Shown here: piece by piece, positions 8,720 to 18,271 of the stretch
Position numbering within the stretch: the stretch's first letter is position 1
Layout: every line of letters starts with the position of its first letter
Assembly: GCA_031428975.1 (NCBI GenBank)
Contig: JANOYR010000062.1
Span: forward strand, 11,368 to 75,367
DNA: 64,000 nt
Reading direction: 5' to 3'
DNA from: Polaromonas sp.
GTDB lineage: Bacteria; Pseudomonadota; Gammaproteobacteria; Burkholderiales; Burkholderiaceae_C
The notes under the pieces: model-generated
The model's database searches: none
Told to the model about the DNA's origin: nothing
The model's input: only the letters and a program-made list of their open reading frames with translations
Position numbers and translations under genes: made by a program

Positions 8720-9844
8720 ATGACCATGACCCACGCCCCCCTGCCCGCACGGTTTGACCACGTGGGCAGCTTTTTGCGCCCCGAATACCTTATTAAAGCC
8801 CGCGCTGACAAAGCCAGCGGCGCGATCACGCCAGAGCAACTGCGCTTGGTCGAAGACAGGGCGATTACAGAAATCGTGCAGTTCCAAGAGTCTGTGGGCC
8901 TCAAATCCATCACCGACGGGGAGTTTCGCCGCACTTACTTTCACCTCGACTTTTTGGAGCAGCTCGGTGGCGTGAAGGTGGGCGAAGCCACCCTGTCGAT
9001 AGACGCACACGGCAAAGAGCACCTTGTGCCCCCCGCCATTTACGTGACCGACAAGGTCACTCATGTCAAAGACATTCAAAAAGCTGATTTTGTCTACCTT
9101 AAAAGCCAAATCGCTGCTGGCAGCACCGCCAAAGTGACGATTCCGTCGCCCACGATGCTGCATTTTCGCGGGGGCCGCGCAGGCATCGACCGCAAGGCCT
9201 ACCCTGATTTAGAGGCCGGTTTTTATGACGATGTGGCCAAAGCCTATGGCGACGAACTGTGCGCGCTCAGTGCAGCGGGTTGCAACTATGTGCAACTCGA
9301 CGACACCAATTTGGCCTATTTGTGCGACCCGATCATGCGCGAAGCGGCCAAATCCCGTGGCGACGACCCCAACGAACTGCCACACCGCTACGCCGCATTT
9401 ATCAACAAAGTAGTAGCACACAAACCAGCAGGCATGACCCTGGCCATGCATTTGTGCCGTGGCAATTTTAAAAGCACCTTTGCCGCCAGCGGCGACTACG
9501 AGCCCGTGGCTGAAGCCTTGCTCTCTGAGATGAACATCGACGCTTACTTTTTAGAATACGACGATGACCGCAGCGGCGACTTCCGCCCCCTGCGCTTTTT
9601 GCCCAAAGGCAAAACAGCCGTGCTGGGCTTGGTGACCACCAAAGTGGGCCAAATGGAGTCTAAAGACAGCCTCAAGCGCCGCATCGACGAAGCCGCCAAA
9701 TACGTGCCCCTCGACCAATTGGCGCTGTCACCACAATGCGGCTTTAGCTCTACCGTGCACGGCAACAACATTGCGGTGGAAGACCAACGCAACAAGCTGC
9801 GTTTGGTCATTGAGACGGCCAATGAGGTTTGGGGTTCGGCCTAA
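8720..9844 (+). CDS. Cobalamin-independent methionine synthase (MetE) C-terminal-domain-like protein (YxjG/YxjH type)
   Basis: 374-aa ORF. AGGAG-type RBS (caggagac) 6 nt upstream of the ATG. FDHVGSFLRP..ITDGEFRR..HLCRGN..LSPQCGF motifs of the single-domain MetE-like family. Confidence 0.8.
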   Translation: MTMTHAPLPARFDHVGSFLRPEYLIKARADKASGAITPEQLRLVEDRAITEIVQFQESVGLKSITDGEFRRTYFHLDFLEQLGGVKVGEATLSIDAHGKEHLVPPAIYVTDKVTHVKDIQKADFVYLKSQIAAGSTAKVTIPSPTMLHFRGGRAGIDRKAYPDLEAGFYDDVAKAYGDELCALSAAGCNYVQLDDTNLAYLCDPIMREAAKSRGDDPNELPHRYAAFINKVVAHKPAGMTLAMHLCRGNFKSTFAASGDYEPVAEALLSEMNIDAYFLEYDDDRSGDFRPLRFLPKGKTAVLGLVTTKVGQMESKDSLKRRIDEAAKYVPLDQLALSPQCGFSSTVHGNNIAVEDQRNKLRLVIETANEVWGSA

Positions 9845-9851
9845 GCTGGCT

Positions 9852-9900
9852 TGTCACCGTTATATTTTTAATAGCACACTATGACCATATGACGGTGACA
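9852..9900 (+). other. 13-bp hairpin formed by repeat copy B and a partial inverted copy
   Basis: TGTCACCGTTATA (9852-9864) pairs with TATGACGGTGACA (9888-9900): 12 Watson-Crick pairs plus one G-U. The loop is 23 nt. It lies between the convergent metE-like and FadR-like genes. Confidence 0.6.
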
Positions 9901-9908
9901 TTGGCCAA
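9871..9908 (+). repeat. 38-nt repeat family, copy B (used as reference)
   Basis: ATAGCACACTATGACCATATGACGGTGACATTGGCCAA. It begins 26 nt after the metE-like stop (9844) on the same strand. Confidence 0.92.
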
Positions 9909-9919
9909 TTTTATTAAAA

Positions 9920-10678
9920 TTATTTTTTCTCAGTAGCAAGCGCCTCTTGCGCTTTGCGCATACGCTCTCGGCTGTTGGTGAGGTGGATGCGCATGGCCGC
10001 CCGGGCCGACTCGGCATCTTGGCGGGCAATAGCGGCATAAATCTCCTCGTGCTCACGGTTGACCCGTTGCAGGTATTGGGCGAGGTGGTCCACCACAATT
10101 TTGTAGGCATTGATGCGGGTGCGCGGAATAATGGTGGTGCCCAGATGGCCCATGATGTCTGAAAAATACCGATTTCCAGTGGCCTGCGCAATCAACAAAT
10201 GGAACTGAAAATCGGGCGAAACGGTATCGCCTGCTTGCCCTACATTGGCTTCAAATGCGTCCAAAGCCGTGCGCATGGCAGCCAATTGCTCGGCGCTGCG
10301 GCGCACTGCGGCCAAACCTGCAGACTCGGTTTCCAAGCTAATACGCAGCTCTAGCACCGCCAGCACATCCAAACTGGTAGAAAACTCGTCGGGTTTGAGC
10401 CGGAACTGGGCGCCGTCGGGCGCTGAAATCACAAAAGTGCCAATGCCATGGTGTGTTTCCACCAAGCCCGAGGCCTGCAAACGCGACAACGCCTCGCGCA
10501 CCACCGAGCGCCCCACACCGTGCTCCGCCATGATGGCCAGCTCGCCGGGCAGTTTGTCGCCCGGTTTGATGCGCCCACTGCGAATGGCCTCGCCCAGCAG
10601 CTGCACCAAGGTTTGCGCCTTTGAGCCGCTGCGCACGGCTTCTTGATTTAAGGGTTTTGGAGTGCTTGACATGGGCAT
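9920..10678 (-). CDS. GntR/FadR-family transcriptional regulator
   Basis: 252-aa ORF. HTH region (GDKLPGELAIMAEHGVGRSVVREALSRLQASGLV) plus an FCD-like helical domain. Confidence 0.88.
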   Translation of the reverse strand: MPMSSTPKPLNQEAVRSGSKAQTLVQLLGEAIRSGRIKPGDKLPGELAIMAEHGVGRSVVREALSRLQASGLVETHHGIGTFVISAPDGAQFRLKPDEFSTSLDVLAVLELRISLETESAGLAAVRRSAEQLAAMRTALDAFEANVGQAGDTVSPDFQFHLLIAQATGNRYFSDIMGHLGTTIIPRTRINAYKIVVDHLAQYLQRVNREHEEIYAAIARQDAESARAAMRIHLTNSRERMRKAQEALATEKK

Positions 10679-10705
10679 TGTCTGTGTATCATAATCGCAG
10701 CCTAG

Positions 10706-10716
10706 ATGTCTGACAA
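10706..10716. promoter_or_regulatory. FadR-type operator-like box ATGTCTGACAA
   Basis: Matches the GntR/FadR half-palindrome pattern TnGTnnnACnA in 10 of 11 defined or spaced positions. It lies between the divergent FadR-like gene and the uronate dehydrogenase gene. Confidence 0.35.
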
Positions 10717-10749
10717 CCTATTTTTTCAATTTTGATTTTTTCCGCTTGT

Positions 10750-11586
10750 ATGCCTGCTACGCCAACCACACGCCCTTTTAATCGCCTGCTATTGACTGGA
10801 GCAGCCGGAGGCTTGGGGCAAATTTTGCGGTCTAGCCTTGTGCCATTTGCGCAGACACTTAGGTTGTCTGACATCATGACTTTATCTGCCGGGCAAGCGC
10901 ATGAAGAAACCCTCGTTTGCGATTTGGCCGACAAAGCGGCCGTTGACGAGATGGTGCGCGGTGTCGATGCCATCGTGCACATGGGCGGCGTGTCGGTAGA
11001 GCGGCCATTTGAAGAGATTTTGGGACCCAATATTGTGGGTGTTTTTAACCTGTATGAGGCGGCGCGCAGGCATGGAGTCAAGCGGATTGTGTTTGCCAGC
11101 TCCAACCATGTGATTGGTTTTCACAAGCAAGGCGAGGTTTTAGACACCGACTGTGCCAAACGCCCTGATGGTAACTACGGCCTGTCCAAATCCTATGGGG
11201 AAGATCTGTCGCGCTTTTATTTTGACCGCTACGGCATTGAAACCGTGTGCATCCGCATCGGCTCGTCATTTCCAGAGCCCAAAGATGCACGCATGCTCAT
11301 TACTTGGCTCAGTTATGCGGATTTAACCGAGCTTATCCGCTGCGCCTTGTTTGCGCCCAACGTAGGCCACACCATTGTCTATGGCATGAGCAATAACCGC
11401 GATACATGGTGGAACAATGCGGCTGCCGCGCACTTGGGATTTGTTGCCAAAGACAGTTCAGAAGCTTTTCGCGCCCAAGCAGAGGCGCAGCCGCGCCCAG
11501 CGGCTGGCGACCCTGCGGGCCAATTCCAAGGCGGCGGCTTTGTCACCCGTGGGCCTTTTGAAACTTTGGCAGCCGTATCCGCATGA
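10750..11586 (+). CDS. udh: Uronate dehydrogenase-like NAD-dependent epimerase/dehydratase-fold enzyme
   Basis: First ATG in the frame is at 10750; the ORF-track start at 10732 is upstream of it. LLLTGAAGGLG Rossmann motif. HMGGVSVERPFEEILGPNIVGVFNLYEAAR..IVFASSNH..PDGNYGLSK track the Agrobacterium/Pseudomonas Udh sequence as I recall it. Confidence 0.78.
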   Translation: MPATPTTRPFNRLLLTGAAGGLGQILRSSLVPFAQTLRLSDIMTLSAGQAHEETLVCDLADKAAVDEMVRGVDAIVHMGGVSVERPFEEILGPNIVGVFNLYEAARRHGVKRIVFASSNHVIGFHKQGEVLDTDCAKRPDGNYGLSKSYGEDLSRFYFDRYGIETVCIRIGSSFPEPKDARMLITWLSYADLTELIRCALFAPNVGHTIVYGMSNNRDTWWNNAAAAHLGFVAKDSSEAFRAQAEAQPRPAAGDPAGQFQGGGFVTRGPFETLAAVSA

Positions 11587-12470
11587 GCACCGCTGAACTC
11601 ATTGTCGATGCACGCAACGGCGTAGGCGAGAGCCCGGTTTGGAATGCCGCCGAGCGGGCTTTGTACTGGGTGGATATTCCCGCTAAAAAACTGCAGCGCT
11701 GGGACATGCAAACGGGTGCAGTGCGCAGCTGGACTGCCCCAGAAATGCTCGCTTGCATAGCTCCCCACAGCGCAGGCGGATTCATCGCTGGCATGGAAAC
11801 TGGCATATTCCACATCCGCATCGGTGCAGGGGATGCGCTCGCATTTACGTTGCTGCAAAGCACGCCCCACAGCGCACAAGGCATGCGCTGGAACGATGGC
11901 CGCTGCGACCGGCAAGGCCGTTTTTTAGCGGGTTCTATGGTGATGGATATGGGCAAGTGCAGCAATGCTGGTATCATAGTTAGCTATACAAAGAGTAGTG
12001 GCACTTGCACTATAAGAAGCCAACTCATTACCCCCAACGGCATGGCTTTTAGCCCTGATGGGCGCACGCTTTACACCAGCGATTCCCACCCCAGCGTGCA
12101 AACCGTTTGGGCTTCTGACTACGACACCGAAACTGGCACGCCGTCCAACCAGCGTGTCTTTGTCGACATGCATGCCCTGCCCGGCAGACCCGATGGTGCA
12201 GCCGTTGACACCGACGGTTGCTACTGGATCTGCGGCAACGACGCAGGCTTGATCCACCGATTTACGCCGCAAGGTATTCTCGACCAATCCTTAGCCGTCC
12301 CCGTCAAAAAGCCCGCCATGTGCGCTTTTGGCGGCGACGACATGCGTACGCTTTTTGTCACCTCGATTCGCCCAGAGAGCATTGATTTATCTGACCAGCC
12401 GCTTGCGGGCGGTGTATTTGCACTGCGCCTCGGCGTGCGGGGTCTGTCAGAGCCCGTTTTTCTCGCTTGA
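11583..12470 (+). CDS. SMP-30/gluconolactonase/LRE-family lactonase
   Basis: 295-aa ORF. Its ATG overlaps the udh stop (ATGA). [31 protein letters not shown] beta-propeller lactonase motifs. Confidence 0.85.
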   Translation: MSTAELIVDARNGVGESPVWNAAERALYWVDIPAKKLQRWDMQTGAVRSWTAPEMLACIAPHSAGGFIAGMETGIFHIRIGAGDALAFTLLQSTPHSAQGMRWNDGRCDRQGRFLAGSMVMDMGKCSNAGIIVSYTKSSGTCTIRSQLITPNGMAFSPDGRTLYTSDSHPSVQTVWASDYDTETGTPSNQRVFVDMHALPGRPDGAAVDTDGCYWICGNDAGLIHRFTPQGILDQSLAVPVKKPAMCAFGGDDMRTLFVTSIRPESIDLSDQPLAGGVFALRLGVRGLSEPVFLA

Positions 12471-12496
12471 TTTTTTTAACCCCTAGGAGACTTTCC

Positions 12497-13462
12497 ATGA
12501 AAATTCAATACACCTTCATTGCCGCAGCAGTCGCCTGCATCACACTGGGCGCACAAGCCACCGAGTTCCGCTCGGCAGATACCCACAACGCTGACGACTA
12601 CCCCACGGTGGCCGCGGTGAAATACATGAGCCAACTGCTAGAGCAAAAAAGCGGCGGCAAACACAAGATCAAAGTATTCAACAAACAAGCCTTGGGCAGC
12701 GAAAAAGAAACCGTTGACCAAGTGAAAATTGGCGCACTGGATTTCACCCGCGTCAACGTGGGCCCCATGAACGGCATTTGCCCGCTCACCCAAGTGCCCA
12801 CCATGCCATTTTTGTTCAACTCGATCGCCCATATGCGCAAGTCGCTGGATGGCCCAGTAGGGGAAGAGATTTTGAAAAGCTGCGAGTCAGTGGGCTTTGT
12901 AGGTTTGGCGTTTTATGACAGCGGCGCACGCTCGATTTATGCCAAAAAAGCCATCAAAACGGTAGCGGATGCCAAAGGCTTGAAAATTCGTGTCCAGCAG
13001 TCTGACCTGTGGGTCGCGTTGATTAGCGCTATGGGCGCAAATGCCACCCCCATGCCTTATGGCGAAGTGTTGATGGGCCTCAAAACCGGTTTGATTGATG
13101 CGGCAGAAAACAACATTCCCTCGTTTGACACCGCCAAACACTACGAATCAGTGAAGATTTATTCCAAAACTGAGCATTCGATGGCACCCGAAATTTTGGT
13201 CATGTCCAAAGTGATTTACGACAAGCTGCCCAAGGCTGAGCAAGACATGATCCGCGCTGCGGCCAAAGAGTCGGTGGCCTTCCAGCGCCAAAAGTGGGAC
13301 GAGCAAGAAGCCAAATCGCTGGCAGTGGTCAAGGCTGGCGGCGCAGAGATTGTGGACGTTGACAAAAAATCCTTCCAAGCGGTGATGACTCCGGTGTATG
13401 ACAAATTCATGGTCACCCCCGACATGAAGCGCTTGGTGAAGTCCGTGCAAGACACGAAATGA
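12497..13462 (+). CDS. TRAP transporter solute receptor (DctP family)
   Basis: ATG at 12497 is preceded by taggaga; the ORF-track start at 12467 is a TTG. Signal peptide [21 protein letters not shown], then a DctP-like body. Confidence 0.88.
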   Translation: MKIQYTFIAAAVACITLGAQATEFRSADTHNADDYPTVAAVKYMSQLLEQKSGGKHKIKVFNKQALGSEKETVDQVKIGALDFTRVNVGPMNGICPLTQVPTMPFLFNSIAHMRKSLDGPVGEEILKSCESVGFVGLAFYDSGARSIYAKKAIKTVADAKGLKIRVQQSDLWVALISAMGANATPMPYGEVLMGLKTGLIDAAENNIPSFDTAKHYESVKIYSKTEHSMAPEILVMSKVIYDKLPKAEQDMIRAAAKESVAFQRQKWDEQEAKSLAVVKAGGAEIVDVDKKSFQAVMTPVYDKFMVTPDMKRLVKSVQDTK

Positions 13463-13514
13463 TGCATCCCACGCGCATGCTGGCTTGCCTAGCGCCGCCC
13501 CTTAGGGGGGCGCT

Positions 13515-14012
13515 ATGAGTGCCGCATTCACGAAACTGTGCGCCAATTTGTCCAAGTTTTGCTTGGTATTGGCCGTTATCGGGCTCATTGGCTTGATTTT
13601 ATGTGTGCAGTGGCAAGTGTTTGGTCGCTATGTGCTCAATGACACGCCCACTTGGGCAGAGGCGTTTGCCTTGTTGCTTGTGCTTTTTGTCACGGCTTTT
13701 GGTGTTGCAGTGGGCGTGCGCGATGCAGGCCATATTGGCCTGGAATCCATGGTTTCGCTGCTGCCTGAGGCTTGGCGAAAAAAAATCGAAGTGCTGATTC
13801 ACTTGCTGGTGGGCAGCTTTGGCGCTTTGATGGTCTTTGGTGGCTGGCAATGGATGGTGGCCAAATGGGGCGAAAAAAAACCCATGTTGCCTGTGCCTGA
13901 CGGCATCGACTACCTGCCCGTGGTGATTGCGGGCGTGCTAATTGTGCTGTTTTCAATTGAACATATTGTGGCGCTCATACAGGGCAAAGTCGTGGAGCCA
14001 GCATGGAACTAG
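13515..14012 (+). CDS. TRAP transporter small permease (DctQ family)
   Basis: 165-aa ORF with four hydrophobic segments, between the DctP-type and DctM-type genes. It overlaps the next gene by 10 nt. Confidence 0.85.
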   Translation: MSAAFTKLCANLSKFCLVLAVIGLIGLILCVQWQVFGRYVLNDTPTWAEAFALLLVLFVTAFGVAVGVRDAGHIGLESMVSLLPEAWRKKIEVLIHLLVGSFGALMVFGGWQWMVAKWGEKKPMLPVPDGIDYLPVVIAGVLIVLFSIEHIVALIQGKVVEPAWN

Positions 14013-15295
14013 CAGTATTGGGGTTTAGTTTTACGGTGCTGCTGCTGATTGGCGTTCCCGTGGCATTTGCCATTGGTTTGTCGTCGGTGGCTACCATCAT
14101 TGCAGCGGGTTTGCCCATTGCTGTGGTGTTCCAAAAAATGGTAGGCGGCATGCAAGTGTTTAGCTTTTTGGCGATCCCATTTTTTGTGTTCGCTGGCGAA
14201 TTGATGCTGTATGGCGGCATTGCCGACCGCATCGTGAAGTTTGCCAACAGCTTGGTCGGCCATGTGCGCGGTGGACTGGGCATGAGCAATGTGCTGGGTT
14301 GCACGATATTTGGCGGCATTGCCGGATCCCCTTTGGCCGATGTGTCGGCCATCGGCTCGGTGATGATTCCATTGATGAAAAAAGAAGGCTACGACGCGGA
14401 CTACGCAGTCAACGTGACCACCCATGCGTCTTTAGTGGGCGCTATCATGCCCACCTCCCATAATTTGATTATTTTTACCTTGGCCACCTCAGGCATTGCA
14501 TCGGTGAGTGCCATGAGCCTGATGCTGGCAGGCATTGTGCCCGCGCTGATTTTGACCCTGTGCAACTTAGCGGCGGCCTACTGGGTGGCGCTTAAGCGCA
14601 ATTACCCTGTGCGCCCAGGCGGTTTTGCAGGATGGCCTGCGGTGCTTACGGCCTTTTTGGCCTCTGTACCCGGGCTATTGGTGGTGGTGATTATTTTGGC
14701 GGGTATTTTGTCAGGTGCGTTCACCGCTACGGAGTCGGCATCCATTGCCGTAGCTTGGGCTTTGGGCGTGACCATTTTTGTCTACCGCACCCTCACTTGG
14801 ACTAATTTTCTAAAGGCCTGCGCCAAAGCCTGCAAAACCACTGGAGTGGTGCTGTTGCTGATCGGTATTTCGAATGCATTTGGCTATTTCATGGCGTTGT
14901 ATGAAGTACCCCAAATCACGGGCGCGTTGATGACCTCTGTGTCCAAAGAGCCATGGGTGATTTTCTTCATGATCAATGTGCTGCTGTTTGTCTTGGGCAC
15001 TTTTTTAGACATGGCAGCCACTATATTGATTTGCACACCGATTTTTCTGCCAATTGCCATGCAGTTTGGCATGGATCCTGTGCAGTTCGGCATCATCATG
15101 CTGATTAATTGCGCACTGGGGCTCAACACGCCACCAGTGGGCACAGTGCAGTTCGTGGGCTGTGCCATTGGCGGCATCACGGTGGGGCAAGTCATGCGCA
15201 CCATCGCGCCTTTTTATGGCGCATTGGGCATGTGTTTGCTGCTGGTCACCTATGTGCCTGCATTCTCGCTTTGGCTGCCCAATTTATTCAAATAG
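14003..15295 (+). CDS. TRAP transporter large permease (DctM family)
   Basis: 430-aa polytopic membrane ORF of typical DctM size and pattern. Confidence 0.88.
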   Translation: MELAVLGFSFTVLLLIGVPVAFAIGLSSVATIIAAGLPIAVVFQKMVGGMQVFSFLAIPFFVFAGELMLYGGIADRIVKFANSLVGHVRGGLGMSNVLGCTIFGGIAGSPLADVSAIGSVMIPLMKKEGYDADYAVNVTTHASLVGAIMPTSHNLIIFTLATSGIASVSAMSLMLAGIVPALILTLCNLAAAYWVALKRNYPVRPGGFAGWPAVLTAFLASVPGLLVVVIILAGILSGAFTATESASIAVAWALGVTIFVYRTLTWTNFLKACAKACKTTGVVLLLIGISNAFGYFMALYEVPQITGALMTSVSKEPWVIFFMINVLLFVLGTFLDMAATILICTPIFLPIAMQFGMDPVQFGIIMLINCALGLNTPPVGTVQFVGCAIGGITVGQVMRTIAPFYGALGMCLLLVTYVPAFSLWLPNLFK

Positions 15296-15349
15296 CCCAC
15301 TTTTCCTAAATCTAGGCCCATACAGGCCATTCTTGTTGTAATTTTTGAT

Positions 15350-16270
15350 ATGAAAACCACTCCCGTCAGCCCTGCGGACTTAGCCAGCTCAGTATTGGCA
15401 GTACCGCCCTTGGCACGCCACGCAGATTTAACGCTGAACCACGCCGCCAACCAAGCGCAAATCGACCACTTGCAAGCCGGTGGTGTGCGCACCCTCATGT
15501 ATGGCGGCAATGCCAATTTTTACAACATAGGCGTTAGCGAGTACCCCAGCATTTTGGACATGCTAGAAAAATTTGCCGCCCATGACACCTGGCTGATCCC
15601 CTCGGTGGGCAGCGATTTTGGCAAAGCTTTTGACCAAATCAGCATCTTGCGCGAGCGCAACTTTCCTACCGCCATGGTGCTGCCGCAAAGCGTGATTTCT
15701 ACCAAGGCAGGCATTGCCACCGGTATCCGAAAATTGGCCGAGCACTTGGGCAAACCCGTGATTGTTTACATCAAAAGCGACGATTATTTGTCGCCCAAAA
15801 CCGTGGCGGCGCTGGATGCCGATGGTTGTGTAGCCGCCGTTAAATACGGTACTATCCGCGAGGATTACACCCAAGATGCCTACGGCAAAGCCCTGGTGCA
15901 AGCGATTAACCCCAACAAAATTATCAGCGGCATAGGCGAGCGCCCCGCCATTATTCATTTGCGTGATTTGGGTTTGCAAGGCTTCACCTCAGGCTCGGTT
16001 TGTGTTGCACCGCGCGGCTCTATGGCGATTTTGAAAGCCATACAAGCGAAAGACTATGCCCGCGCTGCCCAATTGCGACTCGCTTACATGCCGCTCGAAG
16101 ATGCCCGCGATGCCATCAACCCTATACGCACGCTACACGAAGCAGTGACGTTAGCTGGCATTGCCGACATGGGGCCCATGCTGCCTATGCTGTCCAATAT
16201 AGAAGCGCAGCACCATGCACGGGTGCGCTTGGCGGCGCTAGACTTGTTAGCCTTTGATCGGGCTTTGTAA
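15350..16270 (+). CDS. Dihydrodipicolinate synthase/N-acetylneuraminate lyase-family protein (keto-deoxy sugar-acid dehydratase candidate)
   Basis: 306-aa ORF with DHDPS-family layout. Context with the IlvD/Edd dehydratase and KGSA dehydrogenase suggests a KdgD/L-KDA-dehydratase-type role. That role is inference. Confidence 0.7.
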   Translation: MKTTPVSPADLASSVLAVPPLARHADLTLNHAANQAQIDHLQAGGVRTLMYGGNANFYNIGVSEYPSILDMLEKFAAHDTWLIPSVGSDFGKAFDQISILRERNFPTAMVLPQSVISTKAGIATGIRKLAEHLGKPVIVYIKSDDYLSPKTVAALDADGCVAAVKYGTIREDYTQDAYGKALVQAINPNKIISGIGERPAIIHLRDLGLQGFTSGSVCVAPRGSMAILKAIQAKDYARAAQLRLAYMPLEDARDAINPIRTLHEAVTLAGIADMGPMLPMLSNIEAQHHARVRLAALDLLAFDRAL

Positions 16271-16286
16271 TGTAAATACCGAACTG

Positions 16287-16396
16287 CCGGACGCAGAGGA
16301 CGACTCGACAATGACATCGGATGTATTTTATGCAAACTATGTATTTTTGGTATCCTTTTGCGTCTTCTGCGTAAGCTTCGCGTCCTCTGCGTCCGG
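16287..16396. repeat. 110-bp element bounded by perfect 16-bp terminal inverted repeats
   Basis: CCGGACGCAGAGGACG (16287-16302) is the exact reverse complement of CGTCCTCTGCGTCCGG (16381-16396). The interior is AT-rich with TGTATTTT twice. A third degenerate arm copy, GCGTCTTCTGCGT, is at 16360-16372. Confidence 0.85.
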
Positions 16397-16441
16397 TCAA
16401 GTCCGCTTTCAAAAACTCAATCCAGCAACCATCTAACAATT

Positions 16442-18187
16442 ATGAAAAAGAAACCCGAAGAACTCAGAAGCCACCGTTGGTATGGCGTGCAAGACTTGCG
16501 CAGCTTTGGCCACCGCTCGCGCACCGCGCAAATGGGCTACCACCGCTCCGACTACGCGGGCAAACCGGTGATCGCCATCATCAACACTTGGAGCGACATC
16601 AACCCTTGCCACACCCACTTTAAGCAGCGGGTAGAAGAGGTCAAGCGCGGTATTTGGCAGGCGGGTGGCTTCCCTGTGGAAATGCCTGCTATCAGCCTGA
16701 GCGAGCCGATGCAAAAGCCCACCACCATGCTCTACCGCAACCTGCTGGCCATGGAAACCGAAGAGCTGCTGCGCTCCTACCCCGCCGACGGCTGCGTGCT
16801 CATGGGGGGCTGCGACAAAACCACGCCTGCGCTCATCATGGGTGCAATCAGCATGAACCTGCCCGCTATCTTTATGCCCGCTGGCCCTATGCTCAGTGGC
16901 GATTACAAGGGTGGCGTGATTGGCAGCGGGTCTGACACTTGGAAATACTGGGCCGAGCTGCGTGCGGGCAATATCACCCAGCAAGACTGGCAAGAGGTAG
17001 AAGACGGCATTGCCCGTAGCCCCGGCCATTGCATGACCATGGGCACAGCCAGCACCCTCACCAGTGCGGCCGAGGCAATGGGCCTTACCCTGCCCGGCGC
17101 AGCCAGCATCCCCGCGCCCGACTCGCGCCATGCACAAATGGCCACCCTCACCGGCAAACGCATTGTCGACATGGTGTGGGAAGACATCAAGCCCTCTGAT
17201 ATTTTGACCAAAGCGTCGTTTGACAACGCCGTGACCACCGTGCTGGCGCTTGGCGGCAGCACCAACTCTATCGTGCACTTGGTGGCCATGGCACGGCGTG
17301 CGGGCATTGATTTAAATATTGACCAATTTGACGAACTGGCCCGCAAAACACCCGTGATTGCCAACTTGCGCCCCAGTGGCCAGTTTTTAATGGAAGACTT
17401 TTATTACGCCGGCGGCCTGCGTGCCCTGCTCACCCAGCTGGGTGATGTGTCCAGCGGCGGCCTGCTCGATGGATCCACCAAAACCATCATGGGCACCACC
17501 CTGGGCGAGAACATTACAGGCGCTAAGGTTTACAACGCCGATGTGATTCGCCCCATGACCAACCCGCTGGTCGCCAAAGACGGCTTAGCCGTTCTCTATG
17601 GCAACATCGCACCGGGAGGCGCTGTGATTAAGCCTGCAGCTATGGAAAAGCGTTTTTACAAACACAGCGGCAAGGCCGTGGTGTTCAAAGACTACAACGA
17701 CATGAATGCCCGTATCGACGCACCCGACCTAGATGTCAACGCCGACAGCGTGATCATTTTGCAAAGCGCAGGGCCGCAAGGCGCACCGGGCATGCCCGAA
17801 TGGGGGCAATTGCCCATCCCGCAAAAGCTGCTCAAAGAAGGCGTGCGCGACATGCTGCGCATCTCCGATGCACGCATGAGCGGCACCAGCTACGGCGCAT
17901 GCGTCTTGCACGTCACGCCCGAGAGCCACGTGGGCGGGCCACTGGCCTTGGTGCAAACGGGAGACGTGATCTCGCTGGACATTGAAGCGCGCAGCATCAG
18001 TATGGCCGTGAGCGACGAGGAACTGGCCAAGCGCCGAAGTGCATGGATTCCCCCCATCCCCAAGTTCAGCCGTGGCTACGGAGCGCTCTACCTGAAGCAT
18101 ATTCAGCAGGCTGACAAAGGCTGCGATTTTGATTTTTTAGAAACCGAGAAAATTTCGGCAGCTACCGACGATCCAGAAATTCATTAA
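16442..18187 (+). CDS. IlvD/Edd-family sugar-acid dehydratase
   Basis: ATG at 16442; the ORF-track start at 16358 is a TTG inside the inverted-repeat element. [55 protein letters not shown] are IlvD/Edd hallmarks of the arabinonate/xylonate-dehydratase type. Confidence 0.88.
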   Translation: MKKKPEELRSHRWYGVQDLRSFGHRSRTAQMGYHRSDYAGKPVIAIINTWSDINPCHTHFKQRVEEVKRGIWQAGGFPVEMPAISLSEPMQKPTTMLYRNLLAMETEELLRSYPADGCVLMGGCDKTTPALIMGAISMNLPAIFMPAGPMLSGDYKGGVIGSGSDTWKYWAELRAGNITQQDWQEVEDGIARSPGHCMTMGTASTLTSAAEAMGLTLPGAASIPAPDSRHAQMATLTGKRIVDMVWEDIKPSDILTKASFDNAVTTVLALGGSTNSIVHLVAMARRAGIDLNIDQFDELARKTPVIANLRPSGQFLMEDFYYAGGLRALLTQLGDVSSGGLLDGSTKTIMGTTLGENITGAKVYNADVIRPMTNPLVAKDGLAVLYGNIAPGGAVIKPAAMEKRFYKHSGKAVVFKDYNDMNARIDAPDLDVNADSVIILQSAGPQGAPGMPEWGQLPIPQKLLKEGVRDMLRISDARMSGTSYGACVLHVTPESHVGGPLALVQTGDVISLDIEARSISMAVSDEELAKRRSAWIPPIPKFSRGYGALYLKHIQQADKGCDFDFLETEKISAATDDPEIH

Positions 18188-18240
18188 CTCTGCTTGACTG
18201 CTATTTGGCCGTTGCTTGTGCACCAATTGACTTGCTTTAC

Positions 18241-18260
18241 TTGATACATTGATACATCAA
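18241..18260. promoter_or_regulatory. Tandem TTGATACA TTGATACA with TTGAT-AC-ATCAA palindrome directly upstream of a Bug gene RBS
   Basis: TTGATACATTGATACATCAA. The last 12 nt form a 5-2-5 palindrome. It ends 11 nt before the ATG at 18272. Confidence 0.3.
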
Positions 18261-18271
18261 AAGGAAACAAC

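Noticed and set aside
9871-9908. The repeat as a XerCD/dif-like site, an integron attC site, a matS site or a REP/RAYT substrate.
   Set aside because: It has no 11-6-11 dif-like dyad and no TTATG(T)TAA arm. It lacks the GTTRRRY/RYYYAAC attC ends. Only a half-site of the GTGAC..GTCAC matS palindrome is present. The unit has no conserved internal palindrome, so none of these models fits.
12467-12496. N-terminal extensions implied by the ORF-track coordinates. Examples: 10732, 12467, 16358, 21215, 24664, 26520, 27894, 30457, 34062, 38561, 41657, 46937, 48405, 52287, 54950, 54984 and 60824.
   Set aside because: Where I checked, several of these track starts are TTG or GTG codons. Downstream in-frame ATGs are preceded by Shine-Dalgarno-like sequences, or give canonical N-termini such as signal peptides or the LysR HTH. 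I therefore used the internal ATGs.
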